Origin: the human T2T-CHM13v2.0 reference genome, Homo sapiens | Assembly: GCF_009914755.1 (NCBI RefSeq) | Contig: NC_060939.1 | DNA: 64,000 bases | Strand: one strand, 5' to 3' | In this document: in pieces, positions 14,433-26,789 of the stretch | How the letters are laid out: each line of letters begins with the position of its first letter | Numbering within the stretch: the stretch's first letter is position 1 | Notes under the pieces: generated by a model | The model's database searches: none | Told to the model about the DNA's origin: nothing | The model's input: only the letters and a program-made list of their open reading frames with translations | Position numbers and translations under genes: made by a program

Positions 14433-17284
14433 TGTCACCACTGCTCTGGATGCTCAGCCTGGAAGAGGCCCATGGAAGATGCTAGAAACTGGCCTATGTG
14501 CCAATAGCTGCCCAGGACCTTGGAGCTGGGGATTCTGTGGACCTGCACTTCTTAGAAGACTGCAGGGAACTCTGATGCTGATAAAGTAGGAGATGCCCTA
14601 ATTTTCAGGAGTGCTTGTGAGCAGGTCTTCCATGGTGCTCCCCTACTGTGTATAGTCCATGGGGGACTTAGGAGGAAGGTGGAACTAAACTGCGAGGATT
14701 CCTGCAGCAAAGCCTGGTCTGGCCTAAGGAGTTTCAGTGTCTTCCACTATCATCTCCAGGTGTCAATAGACCATCAGAGGAAAGAGGAACTTGTCAAAAT
14801 AAGTTCAAAACAGACTCTCCAGATTCGACATATGGGTTATGCATTGACAGAGGGAATGTCAACGTTAGCAATAAATGCCTGTTTGGAGGCTTAGTTGTTT
14901 AGGGGCCCTAAACAAAGCCCTAAACAAGACTTCTAGGAAGTGAAAGTAAAATTCGCTTCCTTTTTTTCTGCCAGCCTCCTTGGCCTCCAGCTTTCTCATG
15001 AAACACCTCCCAATAATGTGTATGCTCCTTTTAGTTGCTTGGGATAAAGATTCCCAGGAATACTGTTGTCTTCCCCTGCTGAGGACTTTCTCCACTGCTG
15101 GATGAGGGGAGGGTGGGAAAAGTCCTTCAGAGGTCGTCTGAGCTTCCAGACTGCACATTCAATGCACAGAGTGTCAGAGTCTCTTCAGTTTCCCAGCAGT
15201 TGGGGATAACTCTGGTGACTATGAGCCCTTGAGGGCTCTGAAACTTCTGGAAGCCAAAGACGTCCCCATCACAGTCCTCCTCTTGGATGTCTCCACATCA
15301 GGGCCTCAGGATGAGTGTTGTGGTCCTTCCCTCCTTCTTAGTAGGTTCTCTGTTAGGAATATGTAATAGGCACTGTGGGGTTGTGCCCTATGCCACATCT
15401 CAAATGGTCAAAGAGCTGTGTAAACCACACCTGTATAACTGGAAGCCATCAGGAACACAGTGCCAGAGGAATGCTGGGGAGGAGGGTGAGTGGATAAGGT
15501 GGAAAGGCAAGGTGTGAATGCAGCCAGGGACCAGTGTGACCTGAACCTGCAAAGTTGGCCTAAGTGGAAGCTCCTTAAACTTGTGGGTCCTGGCCCATTT
15601 CTCATTCTAAAGGAGAAAGTCTTTGCCCCGAACTTATTTGACTGGGTTGAAAGTGCCATTTGACTCATGATAGGAGGGAGCCTCTAAAGCCTCTCAGGTG
15701 GATGATGGGTGCCAGTCCTCATCCCATTCTTCCTGCAGGATGGAGTATCAGGCATTTCAGCTCCCTGGCTGATCTTAAGACTTGGATTTCACTGCACATG
15801 AGAGGTGTTCCCCTTGCAAACATCTCCTGGGTTTGTCTTCTCACAGCTGGCTGCCAGTTCCTGATTTTATTATCTAACTGAGAAACTGGACAAGAAGTGG
15901 AGTTTGGGGGCAATGGGGCCTGATTTCTGGGATCAGTTCCTGCTTCTTATGGAGAGTTAAAAAGAAGGCAGAATTTTCTGTATCCTTTTTCATGTGTGTC
16001 ATGAAATCATCACAAAAGCTGTCTCAGATAAGAAGCTGATGGGAATTGCTTTGCTTTTCAATTCAACTTTGTCCTTGAGGCACTCTGCTGATGAAAATAC
16101 ATTCCACTCAAGGAAGCATTCTAATTCTCATCAAGATTATGCCGTTTGACTATATAAAGCACTGATCTTGTACTTAAATGGCAGGTTACCCTTCTGAGAA
16201 GGCCCATGGGAAGTTTATTCACAAATCTCCTAATGCTGCTATGGCTTAGATGTGCCTGAGAGGCTTCTCTGGAAATGGCCTTTAGAGCTGGCTTATGGGC
16301 TGTATGGGATTCAGCTTCATTTTCTTTTTTTTTTTTTTGGAAACACTCTCATTTGGGGCCTAAAATGTTATTCTCTAGTTTATTTGCCTAAATTCACACA
16401 TCTCTCAGATATTTTCCAAAATCAATTCCATTCTCTAATAATGAGTTGCCATTGAGAGCGTATTCCAAAATGTTGCCCATAGGCTAGAAAAGCTTCCCGA
16501 AGGGCAGAGTCAGCACAGTGCTGTGCGGTGAGGGCTTTATTGGCATCAGCGTGGAGCTTTACAGCACAGCTACTTAGGTACCAATACTTACGTGGGGAGA
16601 TTAAGTAGTTGGCTGTCCACAAACAGTCTGTTGCCTGACAGGCATAGTCCAAGGCCATTGAAACTTGAGGTGTTCTTTACTTATTGAGGATAAGCCTTGG
16701 AATTTAAGGCTTTGTACTACAAAGTGAATCCAAGGAAAAATTGTGTTTGTGTGTGAGTTCAGCGTGTGCATGTGAGGTCAACGTGCTGTTATGGAAGAGG
16801 ACCTGAAAGCGTCAGGAGAGGAAAGAACAGAGAACTGAGAGGAAGAGTCCTGGGGGAAGGGCTTTATGGTAGAAAATGGGCCTGGGACACCAAGAAGGGG
16901 ACAGAGCAACATGATGAGGAGATGGAGGTCTGTGGGGGCAGAGGACCATGAAGGGAAAGAGGCAGGGGAGGGGACCTCAAACCACGGATGCACCAAAAGC
17001 TGAGGTTGAGTGGTAAACAAAAACGAGATCATTTGGTGGATTTTCCACATAGAGCTAAAAACAGTTGGAGGACAGGGAGCTAAGGAGAGAATGCAAAGTG
17101 AGTGCCCTGGAGCCAGGATGGGAGGGGTCTCCTGAAGACCATCGCTTGCTACAGCAGTACTTGGATTCTTAGATGGGATGTTAAAACTCCTGGAGTCTGC
17201 CTAAGGACCAGGATCCTCTTATTCTACCCAATATAAAGAGTCATGTTTAACTTTTCACATTGCGCTTCCATTAGAAACCTGACC

Positions 17285-18150
17285 ATCATGTCGGTCTCTT
17301 TACTCACACCCTGAATGCTGTAGCTGTCATGTATATTACATCTACATACACTGAAAACCCCACTTCACAATGTCATCATCTTTGCTTTCATCCATAATTC
17401 ATACCTTTAAAAACTTAGAAGAATGTAAATCTATTCTATTCACCCCAGTAGTTACCATTTCTATGTCTCTTTAATTCTCAGTTTCCCCAGTTATCATTTC
17501 CCTTCTGTCTGAATAACTTCCTTCAGCATTCTGAAAGAGTAAGTCTGGTGGTGATGGATTCTCTTCATTTTTTTTTCATCTGAGAATATCATTTTCTGAT
17601 TATTTCTGTGGGATATTTTGTCTAGGTATAGAATTCTGAGTTAACAGGTTTTTGTTTTTTTTTTTCTTTCAGCGTTTAAGAAACATGGTTTCGCTGCCTC
17701 TGGCAGCTGTGGCTTCTAATGATAAATCTGCTGTCATTTGAATGGTTGTTTCCCTATGAGAGAGAAATGTATCCTGTTTCTCTGGGTTTTCTCGTGGCAT
17801 TTTTCTTTTATTTAATATTTGATAGATGGTTAGGATGTGTTTAGACATGGGTTTCTTTGAGTTTATTCTCTTTGGAAGTGGCTGAGCTTCTGAAATCTGT
17901 AAGCTTGTCTTTTACCAAATTTAGGAAATTTTCTTCAAAACATTTTAAAATACCACTGCATTTTCTCCTCTCCTGTGGGACTCTATTGAATGAATGTTAG
18001 ACTTTTTATACTGGTGCTTAGGCCATTTAGGTCCTGTTCATTTTTAAAAATCATTTTTGCTTTCTGTTGTTTAGAATGGACAATTTCTATTGAACTAGCT
18101 TCGAGTTCAATTAATTTTTCCTCTGTCATCTTCATTCTGCTATCATCATG
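17285..18150 (-). mobile_element. Old L1 (L1M) ORF1-region remnant
   Basis: Antisense L1 motifs ggatattttgtctaggtatagaattctgagttaacag, ctgagcttctgaaatctgtaag. Confidence 0.75.
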
Positions 18151-18875
18151 TGAAGTGGTGGGAGAGAGTGGACTGATGCAGCTCCAAGTTTAGAAATGCC
18201 AAGGATTGCTGGAAGCCTCCAGAAACTAGGAGAGAGGCAAGGAAGCAGTCTCCTCTAGAATCTTCAAAGGGAACATGGCTCAGCCAACACCTTAATTTTA
18301 GGTTCCTAGCCTATAGAACTGTGAGGGAATACATTTTTCTTGTTTTAAGCCACCAAGTTTATGGTAATTTGTATGGCAGCCCTAAGAAAACTGCATCAGT
18401 ATTTACCCATATCTCCTGTTCTGGTCCCCAGGCATAATTTGGGTAAATATCAGATAACACAGCTGATAAAATACTGGTTCTACTAAGAGCAAAGAGGACT
18501 CTACAGTGAAGGAGCTGCAGGACCTGGTTAATGTGGCCAGCAAGACAGGAGAGTATGCTTAGGAATGGATCCTGAGCTCACTGATTCGGGAGAGGGCTGA
18601 ATATAAAGTTGGGAATGGGAGATCTGTCACCACAGGAGAAATCTCTTGTAACACAGTGTTTGTGTCCATGGCAAAGACTCTAGAAACAATCCTACTATGC
18701 TGCCTGGATTCTTGGGAGGGAAGGGACTACATTCCTTAAGTGCAGATGCTAGAACTATTGTGGTCGACAGAGGAAGAGGAATTAAAAGTCTCAGTAAATG
18801 GGTATGGGGAATGGATCTTGTCTATAAGATCATTTCTTTGGAAGTCCTGAAGTCACTCCTTTTACCAGAACAGTG
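18150..18875 (+). mobile_element. MLT1 LTR 3' part plus MaLR internal remnant
   Basis: aatgccaaggattgctggaagcctccagaaactagg...agaactgtgagggaatac...ccaagtttatggtaatttg, followed by ERVL-MaLR-like internal sequence. Confidence 0.72.
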
Positions 18876-18928
18876 AGGATGGTCTCGATCTCCTGACCTC
18901 ATGATCTGCCCGCCTCGGCCTCCCAAAG
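18876..18928 (-). mobile_element. AluY left-arm fragment (5' half of a split Alu)
   Basis: aggatggtctcgatctcctgacctcatgatctgcccgcctcggcctcccaaag; adjoins reverse-complemented TSD at 18928-18945. Confidence 0.93.
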
Positions 18929-19690
18929 CTGTGAATTATTTTCTTATTCTACCATCAATGGGCAGTCATTTTATTATCTCTTGCTATTATTTTAAAAATA
19001 GTACTAAACATCCTTTGTATATGATAGCATTCATTTCTGTGGGAAATATTCCAAGGAGTGAGATTTCCCGCTCAAAGAATCCTTGAAAATTGTATAGCCA
19101 TTGCCAAGTTGCTTCCCTTAAAGCTCTATAATAATGCCCATTTCCAACTATGTCTGACAGGATCCGTCTCCTCTACAGCCCAGCTAGCACCAGGGGTCAC
19201 TGATTTTTAATTTTGCTAGTTTCACTGGCACTTTGATGGATAGTTTCTTTACTACCAGTTTTTTGAACAATGCTGATTATGTTTACTGGGCATTTGGATT
19301 TGCTCCCAATGATTAGCTTCATTTGTTTATTTTTCGACTGCCCAATTTTGCCCCTTTCGTATGAAATACAAAGTTATGTTGTTGTCATCTACATATAAAA
19401 TAATCTTCCAATTCTATTGTTCATGTACTACATTGTTTTCCAAGCTTTTTTTCTCCACTTCAGTTGCTTAAATGTTTTATGGTCAATTACATCTGTCTTT
19501 TCTCTTATAGTTTCTGGGTTTCCTATCCAGGTTAAGAAAATATTCCTACATTTCCCTTCTAATTTTCTATTAAAATTGTTAATTCGTTTTTTCTTTAATT
19601 CTGTAAATATATGTGGTACAGTGGTATTTTTTCCAGAATAATAATCAGTTGAGTCAGCATAATTTATGAAATAAATTACAATATTAAATT

Positions 19691-19870
19691 AAAAAAATAA
19701 TTAGCCAGGCGTGGTGGTGGGTGCCTGTAGTCCCAGCTAATCGGGAGGCTGAGGCAGGAGAATGCCATGAACCTGGGAGGCGGAGCTTGCAGTGAGTGGA
19801 GATGTGCCACTGCACTCCAGCCTGGGTGACACAGCGAGACTCTGTCTCAAAAAAGAAAAAAAAAGAAGAA
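19691..19870 (+). mobile_element. AluY right arm plus tail (3' half of a split Alu)
   Basis: Starts at the linker (aaaaaaataattagccaggcg), has ggagcttgcag and an A-tail, then TSD aagaaaataattcatagc 19870-19887. Confidence 0.94.
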
Positions 19871-20759
19871 AGAAAATAATTCATAGCACAGCCACATCAT
19901 TCAATAGTATTTGGTAGTCATTAGAATGAAATAGAGCTACAGCAATTGAGCAACAAAAATCTCCTTGAATTAATAGTTAAGGAAAAAATCAAGATGCAGA
20001 CTAGTATATATAAAATGTGCCCATTTGAGTAAAATTAACAAATACTTGAATATATTTGAATACCTATATGTATTTATATGTGCATAAAAGAGTAGATGCA
20101 CATGTTTGTGTGTGTGTATGATTGTGCAAGCAAGGATAATAAGATAGACTGCTTACCAGATTATTGGTATGAATTATTGTGATTCACTTGTGGGACAGGG
20201 ACATAAAGTGGAGAGTTAGATATGCATTTTCATTCTGTAGTTTATGTAAGTGTATATAAGGTATACTATATTTTTGTTATAGATGAAATTAATTTATGTT
20301 AAATGACTTAGATTAGAACAAAAAACACAGTGTTAGCACTATATCTACTGACTTAACAGGAAAGCATGGTAGTCAATTGAAAAAATGTGCAGAGCAATGT
20401 GGGTAGAGCGTGACCCAGTTTCCAAAAGAGCACAGCAAACAGCTGTACGTGTGTGCCTGTGACTATATATATGTGTGTGTCTGAGCAAAGAGAAATATAT
20501 AGAAGGATATACAAGTGCTTTTTCACACTGGTACCTTCAAGGAGAGGTGCAATTTACATTTGAGGGGCAGTTCTGATTATAACTTTGTCTTTTTAAAGTT
20601 TTGTACTTTGCACATGTTTAAGTAGGGATATAAGAGTTTTCTAAGTTAAAAAAAAAGCACATATATATTTTTAATTTTGGATATGTTTTTTGAATAAGGA
20701 TAAAAATATCTTTAAAGTTGGATTTAAAGATTTGAGCCACGGCATGAATACACCTACAG

Positions 20760-23310
20760 ACTGCACAAAGTTAGCCTCGGAGAGGTCTTGCTTGCTATTT
20801 GGAGACAATGACCTCTTCTGGCCTCTATACCTATGAATGACCAAAAGAAATATGTAAAGGTTAATGCATTATTTTCCAAACAACTCTGGAGTGTACCTGT
20901 CTACTTGGAAGGAAGAAGGCTGGACATGATGTGCAACTCACTATGTAACCACTAGAAGATTCTAGAAGATTCTCTGATGTGCCACTCCCACCTTCCTCTC
21001 CTGACTGGTGTAAAGGAAAACCCAACCTGGTACATCCAAGGCTACTTTCCAGGACTGCATTTGGAGGACATTAACTGGAAAGATGCAGATTTTAAGGAAA
21101 AAGATTTTGGCCAAATCACTTTGGACAGTTGGAAAAACCCCAGCTTGTGCTCACCCTGGAGATGCCAGACCTCTTCAACTTTGGTGCCTCTAAGAATCAT
21201 AAAATTTCCTTCCTTATCATCTGGAAAATGCAAGCCTGGGCTTTTGCATTCAGATGTTGAAGGCTGCGTGGCCCTGTGCCCTGGGGTGGAGGCCTCTGAG
21301 AATGGAGGTAGTGCACATGAACTCGCTGGCCCTGCGTCCTTGTCTGTGAGCCCAGGGATCCCTATCTGGTCTCAGGGATCCTGGGGACTTCTCCATCCCT
21401 ATTGTTCTCCCTCTTGTTTTGAAATCCCATGACATCTTTCATCTTTCCAGATGTCTATCATTGGCCTGCAAACATTTGGGGGAACCACTATGGGAGACAG
21501 AGTTCCTGCACACAGTGGTACAAGTGGTAGCAGTGCCTTATAACGAGCTACACTGAAAACATTATCATACATACTGGGACTTTTCTGGTTTGTAATGGAG
21601 GATCTTAAAGATAATTTCTTTCCTGTATTGCAACATTTGTTTAATGCCAAATTAATTTGCTTCTCTGGGACTTGGAAACAATCTAATTTCTCCTTAACAT
21701 ACATAATATGTAGTTCTCTGAGATGTGTCTATGAAAGTGATTTTCTTAGCACATTTAGTGTTAGCATTCAAACAGGAGAATTGCTCACCTTGCTTCAACC
21801 TCTTTATAGAGAAGGCATTCATAGGAAGAATTATGCTTACAGAATACTTCTTTGACTTTAAGACTCTGCCATGTGTCCATCTTTCTTGTGCTTTTTCTAA
21901 GTAACAGTTAAAAGTTAAAATGGCCTTGCTCTGAACAGAAACTCCCTCACATGTTCTTGTTAGATGGACCCCATCAGGGAAAAGGCAGAAAACAGACATC
22001 CGTATCTGAGAGCCTTTTGATGCCGCAAGCGCCAATGGCCCAGGTATAAAAACCTCCACCGAGTGGACCTGGGGGCTGGATATGTCAGCCTAAGGGTCTG
22101 TGCTAGTTTCTGGGTATGAGAGTAGATTGGAGGTTCAGGATCAAAACAGATGAGAGCAGTTTGTGGATGGGACTGGGTAAATCTTGCAAGCAGAGACACA
22201 GTTGAAGAGGAACTCTTGGGAGGGGTGAGAGGACCAAATAAACAACAAGACTCAGGGTGGTGCCAGGGGAGGGCAGCCCAGGTGCTGGCCAGAGAAGGTG
22301 TAGGGTGCAGACACTGGGCGGGGAAAGGGTGCAAAACTATGATAATAGCAGAAGCTCCGTTAATTAGAGCAGGAATTTAAAATCCGATTCTGAAGTGAGA
22401 CTTGGCTGTGAGGGGTTGTGAAGCCCCAGGAAGAGGTGGGCAGGAAACAGAGGAGGAGAAGGGAAGATTCTGCAGCATGGGGGACTGGGGTCTGCCCAGC
22501 CCTCCTCCCCATCCAGGCTGGGGGCAGCTGCAGAACTCACTCTGTCAGTGTCGGGGGCCCGGGGTCAGTGTGAGCTCCCTCCAGCTCCCACTTCCATACC
22601 TACTGCTGTTATTTCCTTAATTCCTCAAGTGATATGTGAATTCTTTCTCATAAGTAATGAGGAACTGAAGGACAGGTCTCCCTACCCACCCGTTCTGGCT
22701 ATGCTCTCTGTCCCACTTGCCCACTTCGTCCTTTCCATGGACATAAGGACCCAGGCTTAAACACCTGAGACAGTCATCTGCCCCTATTCAGAAAAGCCCT
22801 TCAGACTCACAGGAGAATTTTTTGGTTCTCCCATTCATTTATTCCTTCAGTTATTCCTTCCCATTACAAACTTTTGTTAATTGTCCACTAGACAACAGTG
22901 AGAACTTCCTCAGGGAAACCTCAGCCAGCCTCATCCTGCACTCCAAATCCTACATGTTCCTTTTCTGACGAGGTGTCCAGGGGACATCAGAGCCCTGCGG
23001 CCCAGCTCTGATCCCTGAGAGGCAGCTTCATCCCCTACCTTTCGGAGGAAGGCCTCTTCCTTCTGTGTTGCTGGCTCATCCTGTCCAGGTGGAGGAGAAC
23101 CGATAGGGTGGTCTCTGAAGGATTTCTAAGCCTCCTTTCAGTTGTAGGTGTGCCCCAGCCTCTCTGGGATTGGGACTTTGCTTCGGCCCTGGGTTTCTGT
23201 GACTCGGTAGCTAGGGCCTGTCCTGCAGGAGATGTGGGACCCTCACCCTCTGAGAACTTCTGGGAGCTGAGTGAGCGCCAAGCTTCCAGAGCCCTGTGTG
23301 ACATCATTGC
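20760..23310 (-). pseudogene. Decayed SPATA31/FAM205-family pseudogene, copy A (candidate exons ~23310-23039, 22664-22600, 22068-~20760; 3'-truncated)
   Basis: Donor AAG|GTAGGG at 23039; 65-nt exon with CAG and GTATGG ends; acceptor CTGAC...CAG|GT CCA CTC GGT (PLG, same phase as copy B). Motifs in family order: LSP...IWKDERCHGISKQ (ORF 21399-21704), SEF...LHSQ (~21327-21296), EEVWHLQ...WG (ORF 21042-21233), GK*PWMYQVGFSFTPVRRGRWEWHIRESSRIF*W (~21050-20950), which resembles the recalled FAM205A segment [35 protein letters not shown]. Confidence 0.62.
23299..23306 (-). promoter_or_regulatory. CRE-like element TGATGTCA at the 5' end of copy A
   Basis: TGACGTCA variant (CpG-deaminated form) of the kind seen in CREM-driven spermatid promoters; GTTGCC half X-box ~55 bp upstream. 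Confidence 0.35.
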
Positions 23311-24998
23311 TGACCTAGTCCAGTGGGGTGGGCCACGACGACAGGCACACCTGGCAACTGGTGATAGGTGCTTGGGGCAAGGGGAAAACGTGGGTGGGAA
23401 ATTATATAATTCTTTACCAAAATGGACTTGAACCTTTCCTTGCTCCCATGGAGTTTCCATTTCTCAAGGAGAGATGCTGCAGGGAATGGGGACAGACTGT
23501 GGTGGGGTGTGGCTTCCCCCAAACCTCCCCCTGCCTCTGTTTGAAACTCTTCCCCCTAGTCTTAGTCACACAAGGTCCCCCTGAATCCCTTCAGGTCTCC
23601 ACACCTGAGTCTCCTCACAGCTGGTCCCTGGACTGGAAAATTGTCCTCGCCCTCCCTCAGAGAACCTGGGGTGGAGCAGAGCTGCCTGCACCAGCTGCTG
23701 CCTGTGTCCCAACCCCACCCCAGGCCTGGGGGTCTGGGACCCCTAAGTGTCCTCTCCCTGCTCCCTCCCCACATCTTAAGATGGAGAGCACTCCGCCCAC
23801 CTCGCAGGGTTGTAAGAGGCTTCACTGGTGGACCCGTGGAAAGCATCTAGGACAGTGGCTGCTATAGGACATGGTCATGCAAACACTCACTGTTGTTAAC
23901 TCTGCAGGTCACAGCTTGCTGAGGGTGCCCAGATGTGGTGATGTCCCTGCCCTATGGATTCAGAGCCTGATAAGCCCTCATCATGTCACTCAAGGACCAC
24001 AGGGGAGGCTCCTTTACAAACCTGTTCCTTCCTCTTAAATGACTGGAATGAACTTTGGGGCAGAGACCAGGTCTGCCTCATGCCTTAGTCCCACAGAGTA
24101 GGGCAGTGCCTGACACAGAGCAGGTATCCATGTGCATTTATTGAATAAGTGAATGAATAACAATCACACATAAGACCTGCCCTTACGGGCATTGGTGCAA
24201 AACAGGACTGTTTGATTAGATGCCTGAGTTGCCATCCCTCAAGTGTGGACCCAGCGCCACTGCCCTCCATACTTCCCCAGCCCCATCCCTGAACCCTTAG
24301 GAAGGATCAATGTGAAGCTCCAGCGAGCACTCCCATGCTTTTCCTTGGGGCTGCTGAGACAGTGACGGCATCATGGCCTCACAACCAAGTACTGGGGCTC
24401 AGCACCCTTGTTCTCAACCTGTCTTAGGGGTTAGGAAGACACTTGGGGAAAGCCCACTGAGCTCTGCTTGAGTCAGACTCTGTTTCTGTTTTGGAGGCCA
24501 TTTAGAACAGGAAGCAGCAAAGTGTGGGAACATTTTGAGAAAAGGTTTATGATGTTGAGGTGGTGGGTGGGAGAAGCTGAATATATAGAGGAAAATACAT
24601 GCTCTCTCCAGGGAAGAGAGGGGTGTGATTCGTGTGACTCCAGAGGGCAGGACAGGGACAAGTGGTTGGAATCACAATAGAACAGGGAAGATCTGGGCTT
24701 AGTTAGAAATGTAGAGAAATGCCCCAGTGGCCCCTCCTTCTCCTCGGGCTCTTCCCTCCCAAGGCACCCCTCACCTTGCACTGTGCCCTCTGGAGAACTC
24801 TTCTGGTTTCCTGGATATATCAGATCATTTCTTCCTTCCACAATTTTGTATTTCCAAATCTGGCTCAAGTATCATTTTCAGGCTAAAACTGTCTCTGACC
24901 CATCCCTGATGGAGCTTCCCACCCTGTGACGTGCACTCTTTTGTACCTACTACAACCCTTTGCCATAGCTTTGAACACACTGGGTTGCATTTACTAAT

Positions 24999-25516
24999 TG
25001 TGGTGGATGCAACAATGGCCACACGTTCTTCCTCTTTCTGTATCCACACCCTTGTAATGTGACTCTGCTGTTCCTTGAAGAGTAGGAGTCTTTCTCCCTC
25101 CTTGGGTTGAGGCTGACCTTATGATTGCCTTCATCGCTGGGACAGTAGCAAGCCTGACGCAAGCAGAGACTTGAAAGGAGTTTATGCATGGGGTTGCAAT
25201 GATGCTCTTCATACCCTGAGAATCCATGGGAACAAGCCCAGGGCAGCCCTCTGGTTGATAAGAGACCATGTAGAGACAGCATCCAGCTGTTGCAGCTGAG
25301 TTATTTTTTGAGCAGCCAGCCCTCAGCTGACCCAACCCCCAGCTGATCTGGCCGCTGACTGCAGACACATGAGCAAGTCCATCTGGAGCTGCAGAGCCTG
25401 GCCTAGAACAGAACTCCAGAATGCCAAGTTACATGATCATGAGCCCATTAAATGGTTGTTGTTTCAAGCCACTGCATTTCTGGGTCATTGGTTACATAGC
25501 AAAAGATACCTGATAT
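24999..25516 (+). mobile_element. MLT1-type LTR (paralog of 8836-9673)
   Basis: tgtggtgg start, cttgtaatgtgactctgctg, aaatggttgttgtttcaagccactg, agatacctgata end. Confidence 0.82.
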
Positions 25517-26789
25517 ACTTGTTAACTTGGCTGTTTCCCTCACTTGACTTTCAGGAACCTCTGCTTCATCATTTCTGTATCAACATTATCTGGTATAGGT
25601 TCTGACATATAGCTATTATTTAGTAAGCCTTTGTTGACTGAGTGGATAAATGACTGATATGTATATGTAGGTGTGAATCTGTGCATAAAACCACCTGCTC
25701 AAAAAACTACCTTCTTTATATATTTTAAATAAACTGAATTCAACTTCAGATCTCAGCTTCCCAAACTGATGGAAAATGTAAGCTTATTTATTCTTAGGTT
25801 ACTCCCCACCCAGAGTTGTGCAGTGACTCCCAGGGTCTAATGAAAAACCCAGGCATTGGAGAAGAATCTCAACAAAGCCTTCCCCCCATCATGTGTGGTG
25901 TCTCTAGAAACATTGGTTGGCAGCTTCCATATCCTGCTTGAGCACAAGCACTGTGGCAGACCCAGGAGTCCCATGATAAGGCCGGGCTCCCCTAGGCACT
26001 TCTGTTTCCCTCCAGATGCTGCCACCTACTCCAGGGCACCTCCCAGAAACAGGGCCCACTCCTTCCTAATGTCTAGAACTCTCTCCTTCCCTTTCTCAAC
26101 TCCCTATGCCCCTCTCAGCCTCTCGTTCACTTCGTGTAATGTCAGTGAGCTGAGGTTTTTACAACAGACACCCTGAAAGCCATGCACTTAGGCAGCTTGT
26201 GATCTGAGCCCAAAAATGAGGTGGGATAGGAAGAAAATATAGGAAGATTTTATATGAATTTAATGTTTTAATAAATTATCTTTTCATGTGTGTTCTAAGG
26301 GCCCTGCACAAGAATTCTCTCAGGCCTCTTACAAGTTGCAAGATGATGAAAAGAGAATTTTTATTTGTGTCATAATATACTGGGCAAGATGCAAAAAGCA
26401 GAGACAGCACTACAGGAAGGATACAATAGCAGTTGGGGAGAGGAATAACTTCCCATCAGTTCTTTGTGGCATCTTCATCAGCACACTCCACCTCCTTAAA
26501 AGTCACTGCAAGTATTACTGATTCCCTCACACCTCTTCAAAGAGCATCTCTCAAATTCCCACAAGCAGTAATTGCTTTGTGCTCCATTTGTGGCTGCATA
26601 CATAATTATGCTTAAAAAAATACAAAAGCAAATAGGGTAGGAGGTTAACACAATAAAATGAAACTGAAATAAAATTTATTTTTCATATTTACTTGGTGTA
26701 ATCTTTTCAAGGTGTCTACCCAGGTTTACAGCGAAGAGAGGACTCAGAGAAACACAGCTGTAAAATAATAGGTATCACTCCCTGGTTAC

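Larger units (their letters stand above)
13340..17070 (-). pseudogene. Decayed SPATA31/FAM205-family pseudogene, copy B (large terminal exon ~16802 to ~13340)
   Basis: Strong minus-strand acceptor (long pyrimidine tract, CTGAC, CAG|GT CCT CTT) at 16802 giving PLP*QHVDLTCTR; then in family order KKENEAES (~16320), QLL**FHDTH (16021-15992), KIRN...ARGTPLMCSEIQVL...*GL (ORF 15719-15913), FHLGQLCRFRSHWSL (ORF 15408-15668), SIPGN...KRSI-HYW (~15030); minus-strand AATAAA at 13347-13352; many stops and frameshifts. Family motifs recalled from memory. Confidence 0.6.

Noticed and set aside
16422-16658. ORF LDYACQATD...DSALREAFLAYG as a Ty3/gypsy-derived gag (PNMA/RTL-like)
   Set aside because: Only a superficial resemblance and no further gag motifs; it lies inside the putative SPATA31-like last exon
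17000-17066. Candidate small exon of copy B (also ~22340-22405 for copy A)
   Set aside because: Acceptors are plausible, but donors are weak or dead and translations do not convincingly match, so not called separately
11790-19530. 11790-12395 and 18930-19530 as a direct tandem duplication unit
   Set aside because: The direct orientation is explained by the secondary inversion 18876-19690; flanking homology (11523-11790 vs 19880-20150) is inverted
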